A DNA stretch of 64,000 nucleotides from Amoebidium appalachense (lineage: Eukaryota; Protista; Ichthyosporea): positions 7,233,264 to 7,297,263 of the forward strand of contig CAVNZM010000006.1 in assembly GCA_963693365.1 (NCBI GenBank). Direction: 5' to 3'. Below the pieces are notes generated by a model. The model was not told where the DNA came from. It ran no database searches and saw only the letters and a program-made list of their open reading frames with translations. The translations under genes were made by a program, and so were the position numbers. Shown here one piece after another: positions 1 to 21,958 of this stretch (positions are counted from its first letter, which is position 1; each line of letters starts with the position of its first letter).

Positions 1-733
1 GGGGGGGGGAGAAGGGCAGGACGGGGAGGGGAAGTGTGGTTGGATGCATGAATAAAAAGCATTGTTGTGGTGGGTTGGATTGCAGGAGTGCCCGGGGGAG
101 GGGGGGGGGGGGGGGAGAGGGGGGAGGGGGAAAGGGTAGTATTAATTTTGTTAGGGAAAAGATTTAGGCATGGTGGACGCCCCCAACCTTGAGAATGGGG
201 GGGGGGGGGGGAGGGGGGGAAAGGAGGTGAGGTTGTGTGTGGAAGGATGGAGGGAGAATAGGGGAGGGGGAAGGGGGGCTAGTTTTATCCGTATAGCAGT
301 GGTGTGGGTGGGCTTCAGGAGAAGGGAGGGTGGGGAAGAGGGGGGGGGGGGGGGGGGGGGGGGGGTTACAAGGTGTGGTTTTGGTGCTAATCGATCGGTG
401 ATATTGTGATTGCGAGAAGGAGGGTTAAATGGCGTGGTCACTATCAGAACATACTGCCTTGTGTGCATCCAAGAGTGTTTTGGTGGGTGCATGCTGCAAT
501 GTGGCTGTGTCTGTGTGCTTGTAACGCATGTATATGGTTCTGGGTATGCATCGGGAAAATCAAGCTCTACGGTGGTATGTATACGAGAGCAAGGACAGAG
601 GGAGGGAGGGGGGAAAGGGGGGGGGGGGGAAGGGGGGGGGAGGGGAACTGGGGGACAGGGGGGGGGGGGGGGGGGTATTATTGTTCTAACGGTTTGTAAT
701 CGGATATTGCCTTGATGCACCTATTATGCATGG

Positions 734-781
<48 letters not shown>

Positions 782-967
782 GTGCGCGCGCGTGTGTGTG
801 TGGTGGTGGTGGTGGTGGTGGTGGTGGTGGTGGTGGTGGTGGGGGGGGGGGGGGGGGGGGGGGGGATGAATGTGTTGATCTCCAGAGGGACACTTTTGTG
901 GGGATGTGACCGTGTGTGTGTGTGTGTGTGTGTGTGCGTGTGTGTGCGTGTGTGTGCGTGTGCGTGT

Positions 968-998
<31 letters not shown>

Positions 999-1247
999 GT
1001 CAATGTGGATGGAGTGGGACCAAGTTTTGATTGGTTTTGACTAATTAAACATTTCTGAATTCAACGGTTGTTTTTATTCATCATGTACGCTTGCAGGCAG
1101 ACTAATTGGGTTTCATTTGCAGTGCCTGGAATGGGCCGCCGTGGTTGGTCGCTACATCCTATGGGCTACCGGCACCACTCGACATGACTCCATTTGCTTG
1201 CCACATGCAACATAATCTGTCTGCTACCCACGTTTTGGCTACCACGC

Positions 1248-1487
1248 GCGACATGATTCTATTGGCTACAACGAGCGACGTAATTCTGTTGGCAACATGC
1301 AACGGGCTACCTCGCGCCACATGTTGACGATATGATTTTATTGGCTTTCCACGGTTTGTCTACTCCACACGTGACATGATTCGATTGGCTAAGCACAAGT
1401 TGGGCCTGAAGGCAAAGTGGGTTTATTGGCTGCCGTATGCGCGAGATGATTCTATTGGCTATCGATGCGACACGATTCTATTGGCTA
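1248..1487 (+). repeat. Cluster of about 6 imperfect copies of a 21-bp motif GCGACATGATTCTATTGGCTA (each contains an inverted CCAAT-like box)
   Basis: Copies near 1248, 1275, 1326, 1371, 1441 and 1467, irregularly spaced; further ATTGGC at about 1425 and 1546. Confidence 0.75.
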
Positions 1488-2518
1488 CTGTAACTGTATG
1501 AAGGTCACGACTGAGCTGGGTGCTGTGTGTGAAGGACAGCTTTCATTGGCTATCTCTCCCCCGGGAAAGTGATTTGATTGGGTTTGGATGGCTGTGCTAC
1601 TCACACAGTTTTGTATGAACACCTGCTTTTTGTAAGGGGCCTTATACACAGTTATATATTCCAACTTAAATCCAAACGCGATTACCATTTTTATGTACGT
1701 TTTTGGAACATGAAAGTTTTTTTTTTTGTATTCCCTTTCCCAGTTGATGACCGTTTATTGCTTCTTTTCTTTTTTCTTTCCCCGAGACCCGGTTTGTCTA
1801 ATTTATAGGGGGAGAAGTTGCTTATCTACTTGTACGAAACCCAAAGAGAGCAGTGGGTTGCAATTGGCTGGAACAACCCTTGTGCTTTGGCTTAGAGTTT
1901 GTTTGGGTTGTGAATTTTACGTATGGAAATATCACACGGCATAATGAAGTGTTCGTGAATCTACATCCGGAGCACTGAATTATGAATCAGATGTACCCCC
2001 CCCCCCCCCCCCCCCCCCCTCCCCCGTAGGACCACAATACACCTGTATAATATATACACAGTGTCACGTGCGCGCGCACACATGTACATGCACAAAGTTT
2101 ATGCAAGAGAGCGCGCACGCGCACACACATACGTACATGCATCCAGTGCACAAACCCTATACTCATCCCGCCAAAGGTACTTGATCAATGAAACGGGCAA
2201 AACACAAAGTCAACCCTACATGCCAGACTCTCACGTAGCCCCCAGGCTCTCCGCCTCCTCCTATCCCTCCCCCCTCTCAGCAGATATGCTCCCCCCCCCC
2301 CCCACCACCACCACCCCACCCACCCACCCACCCACAGGGGCCACCCACTCTCCTGCATCCAAGAAGGTCCTTCAGGCGTCATGCAAAAGAGAATTTTATG
2401 CGATGACTGATTGAATATTATTATGTCGCACCATATTATTGATACGCGGTCGCGAGCATATGCTTGATATGCGGAGCAGTTAATCGTGAGAGGATGGCAA
2501 ATGTGGGGATGTTTGTGG

Positions 2519-2563
<45 letters not shown>

Positions 2564-2603
2564 TGCTTGTGTGTGTGCTTGTAGTGGTGGTGGTGGTGGT
2601 GGT

Positions 2604-2685
<82 letters not shown>

Positions 2686-3157
2686 TAATTCGAATTCCCG
2701 GTCAGGAAAGCCGAATATCGGAGTCAAAGACACTTTATTGACAATCACAGGCCGCATGTACATCGTGGACAGATATTTTCATTGAAGACTAGTCCGAATT
2801 TGCATCTGACGCTCTGTGCACCCACAAATAAAACTAAAACGAGTTTTCTGAGGATGACAAGAAAGTAAACCCGAAGGAAACACCGGAGCACAATATACGT
2901 ATATATACCGTGTTTTTGAAACACAATTATACCATAAAGAATGTGTGTGTTATGCCCGTTGTGTTCTACATGTACAACTGTGCTTAAATACTCATTATGT
3001 AGTTATGCTCTATACCCTTTATGCACCAACAACGATGCAATATGGATTGTGTCTCCCCCCAGCCAAATATGACAGAATTCCCATGTTTCTCGCTATAGCA
3101 CACAGGTCTAGAGAAACTGGTGCGTGCTGGGCTTGGAAGAAAACCTGAGTGGTGTCG

Positions 3158-3195
<38 letters not shown>

Positions 3196-3209
3196 ACGTG
3201 TGCTTGTCT

Positions 3210-10809
<7,600 letters not shown>

Positions 10810-11947
10810 CTGGGTGGGAAAAGGGGAGGGGGGAAGGGGGGGAGGCGGGGGGAGGGGAGGGGAAGGAGGCTAGGGGGGGGGGGGGTGAGGAGGCTGGGAG
10901 ATGAGGGGGGGAGGAGAGGGAGCCTGGGAGGGGTGGGGGGGAGGGGGCGAGGGGAGGGGAGGGATGAGGGAGGGAGGGGGACGAGAGTGAGTGGGCATCG
11001 ACCGGAGATGTCGAAGTTGGCAGGGAAAGGGAGGGAGGGTTTGTGTATGTATGTGTATGGGTGGGTGGGTGGTTGGGTGGATGGATATCCGCTTGTGTGT
11101 GTGTGGGTAGAATAAGGCGCAAGTCTGTATCATTTGAGTGTATCCTCGTGTGTATGCAAACCTGTGTCTCCCATACAGGTAGATGTCCAGGTTGTGTGCC
11201 GTCAGGTGCATGAGGAGAATGTTTTATGTATGTCATCTGCCAAAATCTCTGAGTAAAAGGCAAAAACGTCTGAAGTCAAGATTGAATGCCGTCACTCGTG
11301 CTGGACAGAATTCTGAGAGGTAGAGTTGCATGGGCTAGAAGAAACTTGGAAATCATAAATAGGAGTGATAGGCTTTTCCTACAAGCCTTTTAGTTTTTTT
11401 GTGTTGCTTGGCACTGTAGATTTGCTGTGTGTCTTCTGTGTTCGTCACTATGAGTGTATGCTGGTATCCAGCTGCAGGATGCATACACCAGGCATGTGAT
11501 CGTATGTAAATGAGCCTGGCTATACTAGACTGTTTTCGCCAATAGCGTATCCTTGTGAATTTATTCAACATATACGACCGTCTACGGGTGTGCTTGCTCA
11601 ATTCTTATGGCTGTCGAGGAGCCCACTTGAACACGCTTTGGCTCGGGATCCATGTTTCCTTAGATCCTGCACAACAGAAGGAACTTACTGATGGCGTGAC
11701 CTCTCTGTCCCACAGACGTCAGGAAAACTTAGAAATAACGGTATAGTGATGTTCCTTTGGATTATAATCTTGCCTGCCTCTCGTCTATACTTTTTGTTTT
11801 TTGTTTCTTGATTTTCTGAATTTGAAAAAGTTTGGCTGGCTGTGACAAAAAAATTTCGCCGCACTTTTGAAACTTTTTGAAGCTCAGGAGAGGAGGCGAG
11901 CCACCCCTTCCTTATTTGGTCATTTTCTGCGCAAAGATAAGATCTGG

Positions 11948-11983
11948 CCAATCAAAGAAAGCCTTTGGGCCCTACTGACGTCA
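11948..11983. promoter_or_regulatory. Candidate promoter elements upstream of the SH3 gene: CCAAT, GGGCCC, palindromic CRE (TGACGTCA)
   Basis: CCAAT 11948-11952 and TGACGTCA 11976-11983 in a microsatellite-free stretch; motif match only. Confidence 0.3.
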
Positions 11984-13467
11984 CGATCACGAAAGTTTGT
12001 CTTTAAAGAGAACGCAAAACGGTTACCCCGGGAACTGAGGACAGAGCTCCAAAACGACACCGGTACCCACTCAACACACATGTCCGTGCACGTGTGACAG
12101 GCACAACATACAAACCCGTGCACGCACACGCGAACACACACACACACACACATGAACAAGTAGGCACAGCCACACACACGCGTGCCATGCATGTCAATGA
12201 GCACACACACACACACACACAGACACTCTCACAGTAGCTCCCGGAGGCTGAATGTAGCCATGGCCGATCCTTTCAAGGCCTTCATATGCATGTGTTTTGA
12301 AGTGGTCTGCCTTTCAGCACAAGTTACGCTTTGAGTAAAGCATGAGCAGCTAGACTTTCGGGACAGGGGCTCAATGGCTCTCTGAAGCAGGGTTATGCTC
12401 TTCACTCGACAAAAGCAGACCCACAAATTCTCCGGTATATTGATTGCGCATGTACACATAGGAAGTGCGCACATAGCCACGTGCACGGACACGTTGCACG
12501 GTCAAACACACGGCCAGGTGTACACACTCACACCGTGCATGCACAGATCCAGATGCGCGCACACAACATAACTCTTTCACACGCGACCCATGGCGTGCGC
12601 GCGTGCGCGTGCACAGACACACACACACACGCACGCATGCACACGCACACGCACACGCACACGCACACGCACACGCATACGCACACGCACACACAGATAG
12701 TAGCCCAGTTGGTGAGAATAAACTGTCGTCACGCGTGCGCTTTGTTGTTTACTCGGCCAGTAAGAAACTGAGAGTATCGGTATGGAAGATGAGGCAGGGA
12801 GGAGAGGATCAAGCCCTGGAGAAGGAAGGAAGGAAGGGGGAGGGGGGGGGGGGAGGGGGGGAGGGGCTGGTTGGTTGGGGGGCAAGAAGGGAGGGTTACG
12901 GAATCATTTTAGACATCACCAGAGCCAACTTGGCAGGGGCGGAGGGGACCGCAGGACTCGGGGGGACACGGAGGGGCCCCCGGGGGTGGAGTGGGGGTTG
13001 GGGGGGGGGGGGGGGGGGGGGGGGGGGAGGGGGGAAGAGGAGGAAGGGCGGGGGGGGGGGGGGGGGGAGGGGGGGGAGGGGGCAGGGGGGGGGGGGGGGG
13101 GGAGGAACTTGGAGAGAAAGGAAGATCTTTAGAGGAGCATAGGAGGCCATTGTGGTGGGGTGAAGTCAACATGCCTGCAGACTCTTTCCAGCTATGTGTG
13201 TACGTGACCGTGAGCTTCACACGTGGGCCCAGATGTACTCCAGAAGTTTATCTCCTGTTTGATGCTCGCACTTGACATGCCCAAGTGGACACCTTTGAGG
13301 GCTAGCCACTCGTATAGCCATTGTTGGTGGCCCAGCAAGAAATATAAGAAAGCGTCAAAAGAGCAACGTGGGTGTATGATGCCGGTGATATGCCACAATG
13401 AGCAGCTGTATGTACATGTGAACAGGTGTTAGCTGGGTATGCATGTATGTAGGGGGGGAGGGGGTTG

Positions 13468-13504
<37 letters not shown>

Positions 13505-13829
13505 GGAGGTTGCGGGGGAGGGGGGGGGGGGGGGGGGGGGGTGTCTACGAGATTTCCGACGTGGAATAGCAACGGTGCAAAACCTTACAAGTCCGACTTT
13601 GCTATGTACACGTATAAGTTACCACCTACTGAGGCGGTGTCTCCTTTCTCTCTTTTTTTTTTTTTTTTTTTTTTTTTACTTAAAAGGGACCGCCTGAGTA
13701 GATGTTAAAACGTCGCACGTGCGGCAACACGTCAGTACGTGTTAGACGTATAAGGTGAAGTCGTATGGTCACCATGCCATTGTTCAAGTTTTTTTGAGAT
13801 ATACAGTAGTTGTGATATACAGAGTGAAT

Positions 13830-13873
13830 TTCAAAAAATTCCTTACTGCTGATTGGTCTATTTCCGCGCCAAA
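13830..13873. promoter_or_regulatory. Candidate E2F site (TTTCCGCGCCAAA) with adjacent CCAAT and CHR-like TTCAAA
   Basis: TTTCCGCGCCAAA 13861-13873, ATTGG 13852-13856, TTCAAA 13830-13835, about 480 bp upstream of the ATG at 14356. Confidence 0.4.
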
Positions 13874-14355
13874 TATTTGTTTGCGCCATCATGGGCCGGC
13901 GAGTGGCGACGCTTTCGAGGAGCTTTCAGAGGCTCTCGTTTTGTTTTTCAAGAAACGGAAGAGTAGAGGTGGGGCCGATCACCGTTTTTGGTAGTGGTTA
14001 GGGAGCTTCCAAGGGAGTGGCCTGAGCAACAAGTGCCTACGTTTAGATACCGATGTAGTAGAGTACCCTTCGCCCCTTAGTTTGCTTGCACCCCATCTTT
14101 CCAACGAGGGGCTCCGGAACCACCCTGATTGGGATCGAGAAACGCCAAACACGCAACACGAAACACAAACACGCAAAGCTTTCGGGGAATGCCTTTCACT
14201 TTTTGCCTTTTAAAGGTTTCGCATATATGTTTGGAACGAGAACGAAGCTCCTAATTTCGGATATTTCTCTACCATCTTTCTCACCGGGTTCTCTGTTCTC
14301 AATAATGTCTAGGTTGAGCACCCCTTAGTTTGTCGTTATATACCTCCACACAAGA

Positions 14356-16969
14356 ATGAGGGCCGGGAACTTTTTCTCGCCCCTGTCAAGCCCCGACCTC
14401 CCCAGCCGCCCTCAACCGAAACCAAACAGCGTTTTGGCGCTCTGGAAAAAGCTACACTCCCCACCTTCACGTTCTCCTACCAACTCTCCATACCCAAACA
14501 CAGCGCACCCTAAGATCTCTCTTCCTTTCGACAACTACAGCTCCTCCGCGCACGATAAATACAATGAGCTACCGGAAGAGGAATCCTGGGGGCTAGGAAT
14601 GCAACGGGAACAAGAGAGGAATCTGTCGGACCTCGTTTCTAAAGAGGTGAATAAGAACACAGAGGAGGTGACAAGCGCCCGGACACAACTGGGCGAGCAG
14701 AGAACACCGGTGGAGAGTGCAAGTGTAGAGGAGGGTGCACGTGGGGGAGGGTCGGGGAAAAGCACGAGTAAGGGTGGGGAAAAATGTGAACACGAAACGA
14801 AAGAGAGGAGAGCAAAGAATAAGGAGCGAGTTTTTGGAACGGACAAAAAAGGGTTAGCTAAAGGTCTCCAAGCGCAACAGGAGAGCTCCGAGAACAAGGG
14901 AAGTGCATCTCAAAACGAAAAACACATCAATCGTGAACGTGACGACGTTGTGGAAAACACCACAGGAAAAGAGGCAAGCAACGAAAACCGACTTGACGAG
15001 ACGGAAACCAACCACAAAGGGGATTATCAAAAGTGTCGAGGGGAGGGAAAACGAAAAGAAACGGGAGAGGAGAAAGGAAAAGGGAACGAAAGAGGGAAAG
15101 AGAGAGGGAGAGGGGAAGATAACGAGAAAGGGCGAGAGAAAGGGGAAAGGAAAGAAAACGGTGGTGGTAAAGGGCACCTCTGACCAAGCGGAATTTGAAA
15201 ACGACCACTTACATAACACAACCGACGAAGGGAAAGAAAAGGGAGTGTGTGTGGGAAGCTGGATTTCGCAGGACTCAACTAGTAACAAAACGAAAATAGA
15301 CTCCGAAAATTGCGTGTGCGCTCAAGTGGTCCCCGTTTATATGGAAAACGAAAACAAGCGCCCAGCCAACAACACGAGAGGAAAAGGAAAAAGGGATTGT
15401 TGGGAAGTGTTGTTAATACTGTACAAAACGTGGAGGAAGGAACAAACGTGGTCGGGGAGAGAAAAGAAGAATTGAATGTGAGCGTAAAAGAGAGTGGGAA
15501 AAGAGAAAATGAAACGGCAGAGGGACAAATGGAATCCTGTGAGGAAGAAAAAGAGTCGTGTGAAACGGGTGAAAAAGGAAAAGAAAAAGGGCAGGGCAAA
15601 GAGGTGTCTGGAGAGTTGCCTCTGAATTCCGTTGAACGGGACGAAAATGATATTCCCGCAAACAACACGCGAAAAAGGAAGGAGGTGGTGAAAGTTTCGG
15701 AAAACGGTATGATATTACAGGATCCACATGTGGGCTTGGCGCAAACATGCAGTGTGAACAGTAGCAGTGTGCCGGAGAGAGAAAAAATTGCACCCAATTC
15801 AGGAACAGATATTTCTCCACCGGCAAGCAATACGAGGAAGAAATCGAAAATAGGTGAAAAAACAGAGTCGAAGAAGGAGACAGGTGCAGAAGAGAAAGGA
15901 AGAGGAGAGGGTGACAAATCTGCATGTAAAATGTGCTCTATTCCCCTTTTAATTGGAGACTTTTTTCAGGCCTTCAGTTCTTGTTGCACCCATGGCCAAA
16001 GCTGATGTGGTGGCTGCATGCAGACACGGAGCAGGAGCGCAGTGGGCGGATATTCGTGGGCGTGGTGGTGTGGGCTTACTACCACGACCAGTATCCCTAC
16101 ACAGGTAAGATAACATGCCAACATCTACATGTCAAGATTAGTTATGGTTAGTATGTTTACTGTATATGACAACGTCTCATGATCATTATTAATCTTTACC
16201 ATATTCCTACTTTTTTTATTGTTTTTATGGAGTTAGGGTAGCAATAGTCGGTTAACAGTTTGAACAGCAACAATAATAGAAACAACCACAACCCATCTTC
16301 TCTGCCTTTTGGGGGGGAAAAAACCGTGCAGTGTGTGTTTCGGCTTATACTGCATGCCTTCTTTTCATCCCAACGCATATATGTTTACCCACCCACCCCC
16401 CCCCCCCCACCCTTTTCCCCCTGTCCCTCCCCCGTCCCCCCCCCCCCCCCCCCCCCCCCCCCTCCCCCCCCCTCCCCCAGCCCGCCGCCCCCTCCCCATC
16501 ACTACACTCTGAGTACTTCACATTCATGTACATTAAGGCTGCAGCGATTACTTCGGCTCTTCAGGCATGCACATGCACACATTCCACCACTTATAATGTT
16601 ATCGGTCTTTTCAACTCGTACAATGCCTTTCCTACCTTTCAAATAGCATGTTGCATGTTGTCGCACCGTTACCTTTTTTTACACGGTTTATAGTGTCTGT
16701 GTCCCTTACGGCTATGTATACAACGATTGTTCCGCCACATTGTGCACTACAAGTGTCTCGTTGAACTTGCCTTCCGGAACGTTTTCTTTATTTTTCATCC
16801 TCCGTCTGGCGCGTGGTATGAAGAGGGGATATGCAATGCACACTAACTAATAGCATACGCGCGCACACACCGAACACACACACACATAAGCACGCACACA
16901 CGCACACACACGCACACACACACACTCATATATACACCCATCCCGTCTCCCTCCAACCCCCGTTCCCAC

Positions 16970-17007
<38 letters not shown>

Positions 17008-17245
17008 ACGCACACACACACACACACACGTACAGGGTGCATAGTGAAGCAGAACACGGACGGCACGTACACAGTGCACTTCAATGACGGGGATGTGCGT
17101 CTGCGTGTGCCTGTGGATGAAATCAATCTGGAGGAGGAGATGCCCGGGACCCTGCGCTGGCGCCTTATGGCTAACCATGGTGTGTTGAGCCCTTCTGTCT
17201 TCCCCCTCCCCCCCCCCCCCCCCCCCCCCCCTCTCTCCCCCCTTC

Positions 17246-17291
<46 letters not shown>

Positions 17292-17491
17292 ACACCGGGC
17301 TACATATGATGCATATGTGTTTGTGTGTTGGTCGGCAGAATTTGCCGTTGCAACCTATAGCTTGTCCGTCGTGAATGTGTACCTCTAACTCTGCAAGGCA
17401 TTCTAACCCCCTCCCCCCCCTTCCCCTCCGGATCCCCCCTTCCCCCCCCCCCCCCCCCCCCCGGATCCCCCCGTCCGCTTCAATCCACACA

Positions 17492-17538
<47 letters not shown>

Positions 17539-17713
17539 CTTACACACACACTTACACATACATATACACACACACACGTGCACACACACACACACACACA
17601 CAAAAAAAAAAAAAATAGGGCCACACCTGCTAAACTAGTTCAATCCTCCCCATCCCCCACAAGCACACAGACAAGCACACACACGCGTGTGTGCGCATGC
17701 ATGCACGTGCACG

Positions 17714-17779
<66 letters not shown>

Positions 17780-17899
17780 AACACACGTACACACACATAC
17801 ACACATACACACACGTGACACACACACACTGCAGATAAGATCTGCAGTCGGTGTGGCGCCCTTGCAGAGCTCTTCCCGCGCAACATGCGAAGCGCTTGA
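14356..17899 (+). CDS. Tudor-like domain protein with long charged disordered N-terminus; first exon has two apparent frameshifts (possible pseudogene or sequence errors)
   Basis: E/K/G-rich ORFs 14356-15183, about 15165-15380 and 15310-15925 in shifting frames. Phase-consistent exons about 15971-16104, 17036-17179 and 17835-17899 give IFVGVVVWAYYHDQYPYTG|CIVKQNTDGTYTVHFNDGDVRLRVPVDEI..NH|DKICSRCGALAELFPRNMRSA*, a Tudor-type pattern (V.A.Y.D..Y.G.I....GTY.V.F.DG). Confidence 0.65.
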
Positions 17900-19626
17900 A
17901 CCATATCCAACTATCCTTCCGGTTATGTGTACTTAATTTATAATAATTGTGTCTCCTTGTCTATTTACGGATTCCACTACATACGTTTTGTTTAAGAAAC
18001 GCTGTAGTACCCGAGGACAGAAACTAGTTGCAGTATTTGGGGGGGGGGGCGGGCTCAGTATCCCCTCACCGTTATATCAGGTACATGGAGGTCTGGTGCT
18101 GTTATATATGTATTGGTCGGTGGTGGTGGTGGTGGCGGTGGTTGGGGGGGCTTGGGGGAGGAGGGAGGGGGGGGGGGGGGGGGGGGAGGGGAAGGGGGAG
18201 CCCCGGGCTGGAGGGGGAGGGGGGGGCGTATACTAGGCCCTGAAAACGTTGAAACTTTAGTGTATGATAATTTAAATTTAAGATGGACTTTGTGGTGGTG
18301 ATGGTGTGTGTGTGTGTGTGTGTGGCGGCGGTGGTGGTGGTGGTGGGGGGGGGGGGGGGGGAGGGGGGGAGGGGGGGGCGCGGGGGGGGGGAGGGGAGTC
18401 TGACTAGGGCTTGCTGTATCAAGATTTGCACTGACGCATGCATTGAATTTCCGAATATAAACATTTGAGTCTTGGTGTGTTTCCTCGGCGCTGGTATGCC
18501 CAATGATATATAGAGTATGCTTACTTGTCTTACATATGGTTAACCTTTGGTGACTCCTTGCACATCCAGATAATATCATGATCTTGGAGACCGGGTGAAA
18601 TCCCGAACCGTGGCACCAAATATACCTGGATCCTCGCCACATATAACAGATCTATAACTGCAGTTCGTGTATGTATACCCAACAAAATGCCTTTGCCCCC
18701 CTCCCCTCCCCCCCCCCCTCCCACCCTCCTCCCCCTCTTTCTTTGGTATTTGCCTCCCTTCCGTCCAAACATACGACCTGGAACTAAATCAAAAACGATC
18801 AATTAAGCCCCGCACCCCCAAAGCCTCCCTTTTCTTCTTGCGCTTTCTCTCGTTTTCTGGACCATTCTTTTTTCTCATACTCCTTCGTACAGCATTAGTC
18901 ACATACCACCCGGTACATTTTTTCTTCGTATGGTCCCCAAATCATATGGCGCACTTGCAATTCTCGATGCAAGTTCTTGTGATGACTGTACAAATGGATG
19001 CACTAAGTTAGATGGCCACATCCCGATCACCCCGGACCCACCGGGGTGAGGAGAGGGGGGAACGAATTTCCCTCTTGGGTGCCTCTTGGTGATGATTGAA
19101 AGCCAAGTGCATGAGAGAGGCTCCATGAACTTACCAACACCACATGTGCAGGGAAATGCCATAGCCCCATGGTAATATGACTCCAAGTTGCTCTGAAAAA
19201 CATGAGAACCTAGGGGTGCGTTTGCATGCACGCCCTCAAAATTAAGATGTTCTCGGAAATTACAACTCCAATATATATTTTCGAGCCAACTGCATTCACA
19301 GCTTCACGCAGTGCGGGCCATTCCTCATGTACAGGTTTTGTTTCTCATGGTATGGGTGGGGCCCACTATTGTAATGCCTCTAGCATCGCATCTGGTCATA
19401 GATCCTTATAATTAGGTCTCACTACTTCAGTTGGGGAAATATTCGGTTTATCTCAAATAGCCCTGCGCGGAGTGCATTAGTGCAATCAATACTAGTATTC
19501 TCCTTTCATTTGGCCACCTCAGATCTCCTCGGCCCCAGCCGGTTGTGTTCAGGATGCATCACCACAATCAGCTTGACTTCGTTTTCGTTTCGGGGCATTC
19601 GAAGGGTGGGGGGAAGAGGGGAAGGA

Positions 19627-19669
<43 letters not shown>

Positions 19670-21514
19670 GGGGGGGGAGGAGGGGGGGGGGGGGGGGGGG
19701 GGGGGGGGCGAGGTGGGGAGGCCGCTTCTATGCGTAACTCAGGCGAAAGTGACGGTAACACTTCTACAAAAGGCAGTTTCGGTTATGTATCGTTCGTCTA
19801 ACCCAGCCTAGCACACACTCTACAGCCCGCGATTGATGGACCGTAACTTCCATCGATGCTTCCGGAAAAATGCGAACTATTTGTGCCAGAGCGTGACTCA
19901 CAGTGGCTCTTGGACTACAGCTACCCGTTGCTTATTTTGCTTCGTTCCTTGAGTTGCAACGTTTCGTTTTTGCACCGTCAGAGTCGAAAACCTTTGGAAA
20001 ATTCCGAGCCGCCTTCCAGTGAAAGCACAAAGAGCAGTTATGTTGGCGATGCGCCGCATTTTGATTGGACCATCAAATTGCGATGTTTTGATTCGCTTTA
20101 GATCATGACTAGACCTAATCCATAATTCCTCAAAGGGCTGTTCCGGCTAATGTGATTTATTGCCAATTATCAAAAAGCTAGTGGCTTCCAGTCACATGTT
20201 TGCCGTTTGGGAGCAGTGCTTGCTGGCAGGCTGCTCCTGGTGCTGCCGGGTGAAGTGTAGAAGTACTGTAATGAATTTTGAAGCAGTGCGTAATGTTGTA
20301 CAAGTATAGCTCAAAATAATTTCTTTTAAATTTTTATTATTTAATGTGCTTTGAGATCGGTTTGGTGGTTTTGTGATCATGAGGCTCTGTCGTTCGCCCG
20401 GTACGCGCGCGTGCACCGGCCGGGTGCCATGGGCGACGGAGTCTGTCGCGTGCCATGTACACTGAGGGTCGGGCTAGCCCAGGCACTGCATACAAAAAGT
20501 TAGTGAAAAGAAAAATAAACTTTCTTTTATGTATCTATAAATAAACATGCAGTCTATGAAACGAGCATACCAGATTACTTGCGACACAGGCTTTATTTGG
20601 GCCATAAATCCAGCACATGCATGCTCACGACCCAACATGATTGGGGTTTGGTATCACAAAGCTTGAATTTCACTCGAGCTTCCCAGAAACTTGCTGGCAG
20701 AAACTGAAAGCACATAAAACGGCACTAGAGGACTTGAATAAACATTGCCATTTATGCAGATATACTTAAAAAATCTTAAATATCCATTAATCATTTATAC
20801 TCTAATGAAACACTGCCTAAAGTGAACTTTCTTCGATTAGCCAAGCCCACCAAGCACGGGCAAATTCGACTTATACAGCACCCCAAAGTATAGGAGATTG
20901 TTTGGGGTGTAGGGGTCTGTGTGAGCTCTTTATTTGATTGGCTCACTCACCAAATAGTTCTCAATTCAAAAATATAATCCAATCAAAATGGATCTATGAC
21001 ATCACCTATTGCCGTCACATGTCTTGTGAGTGGACACAGGCGTATCCGTGACCCACTCTCGCCCCTTCCACTATAGCTGTGTGCACACACAAACGAGTCA
21101 TTGTTCAAGCCGGCATTTATTTTCTTGTTTACTACGGTTTTTTGTCTTGCCTGCTGCGTTTCTTGGTATTGTAGTGTCCAGGTAAACACGGAGTACACGG
21201 GAGATAATAGGGCTTCCGATAGTGTATATATAGTGGATTTAGTTTAGCGAAGGTTGTTTTGGATTAAGTCCATAAGATTTTTTCGAGTAGAGCACCTAGT
21301 GTCTATAGGGCGTTTACTTCATATTCTTGAGTTCAGAGCAGGGCTTCAATTGCTCGATGGGCCTGTCTCTTACCACACCCCATAGGCCAACACACTATTC
21401 GGCAGCCTGCATTTGTAGGCTGCCTTCGTACTCTTCATACCTGCTCTCTTTCCCACTCTTTTGTTACTCTTCCGGCTCGCACAGGTGTGATCATCCGAAC
21501 ATCCCTAGTCAAAC

Positions 21515-21918
21515 ATGGGCAACTCGCACAGCCATCACGGGGGTGTTGTCGCGGAGCCGCGCGCCCACAATTCCCATTCTTCACATGAGCGCAAGGGACA
21601 CACGGTTAGCCTCCACCTCCCCCACCTGAAGAAATCTTCTCCCCCTAGCTCTTCAGCCGCCTCCACACCCAAACATTCCCACACCAGCCTTCCAAATGGA
21701 AGCGCACAGAAACAACCAGATTCCCTTGGAAAGACAAAGAGTGTAGGGCACTTGATGCACAACATGAGCAACAAGACGGCCCCGGAGGATAAGACGCCAC
21801 AGGCGACGCGTGCTCCGAGCTTGCAGCCAAACGAAAAGGGGCACGTGCAGAGGTCTAGTTCGTCCGGGTCGCTGAAGTTGCCTACACATGGGAGCAGCTT
21901 TCACCTACCCCACGTCAA

Positions 21919-21958
<40 letters not shown>

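Noticed and set aside
151-720. Possible 3' exons of a - strand gene (about 720-691, 566-455, 188-151)
   Set aside because: Splice-like ends exist but I could not fix a frame or recognise a domain.
12229-13410. Possible - strand exons divergent from the Tudor gene
   Set aside because: No phase-consistent model or recognisable homology.
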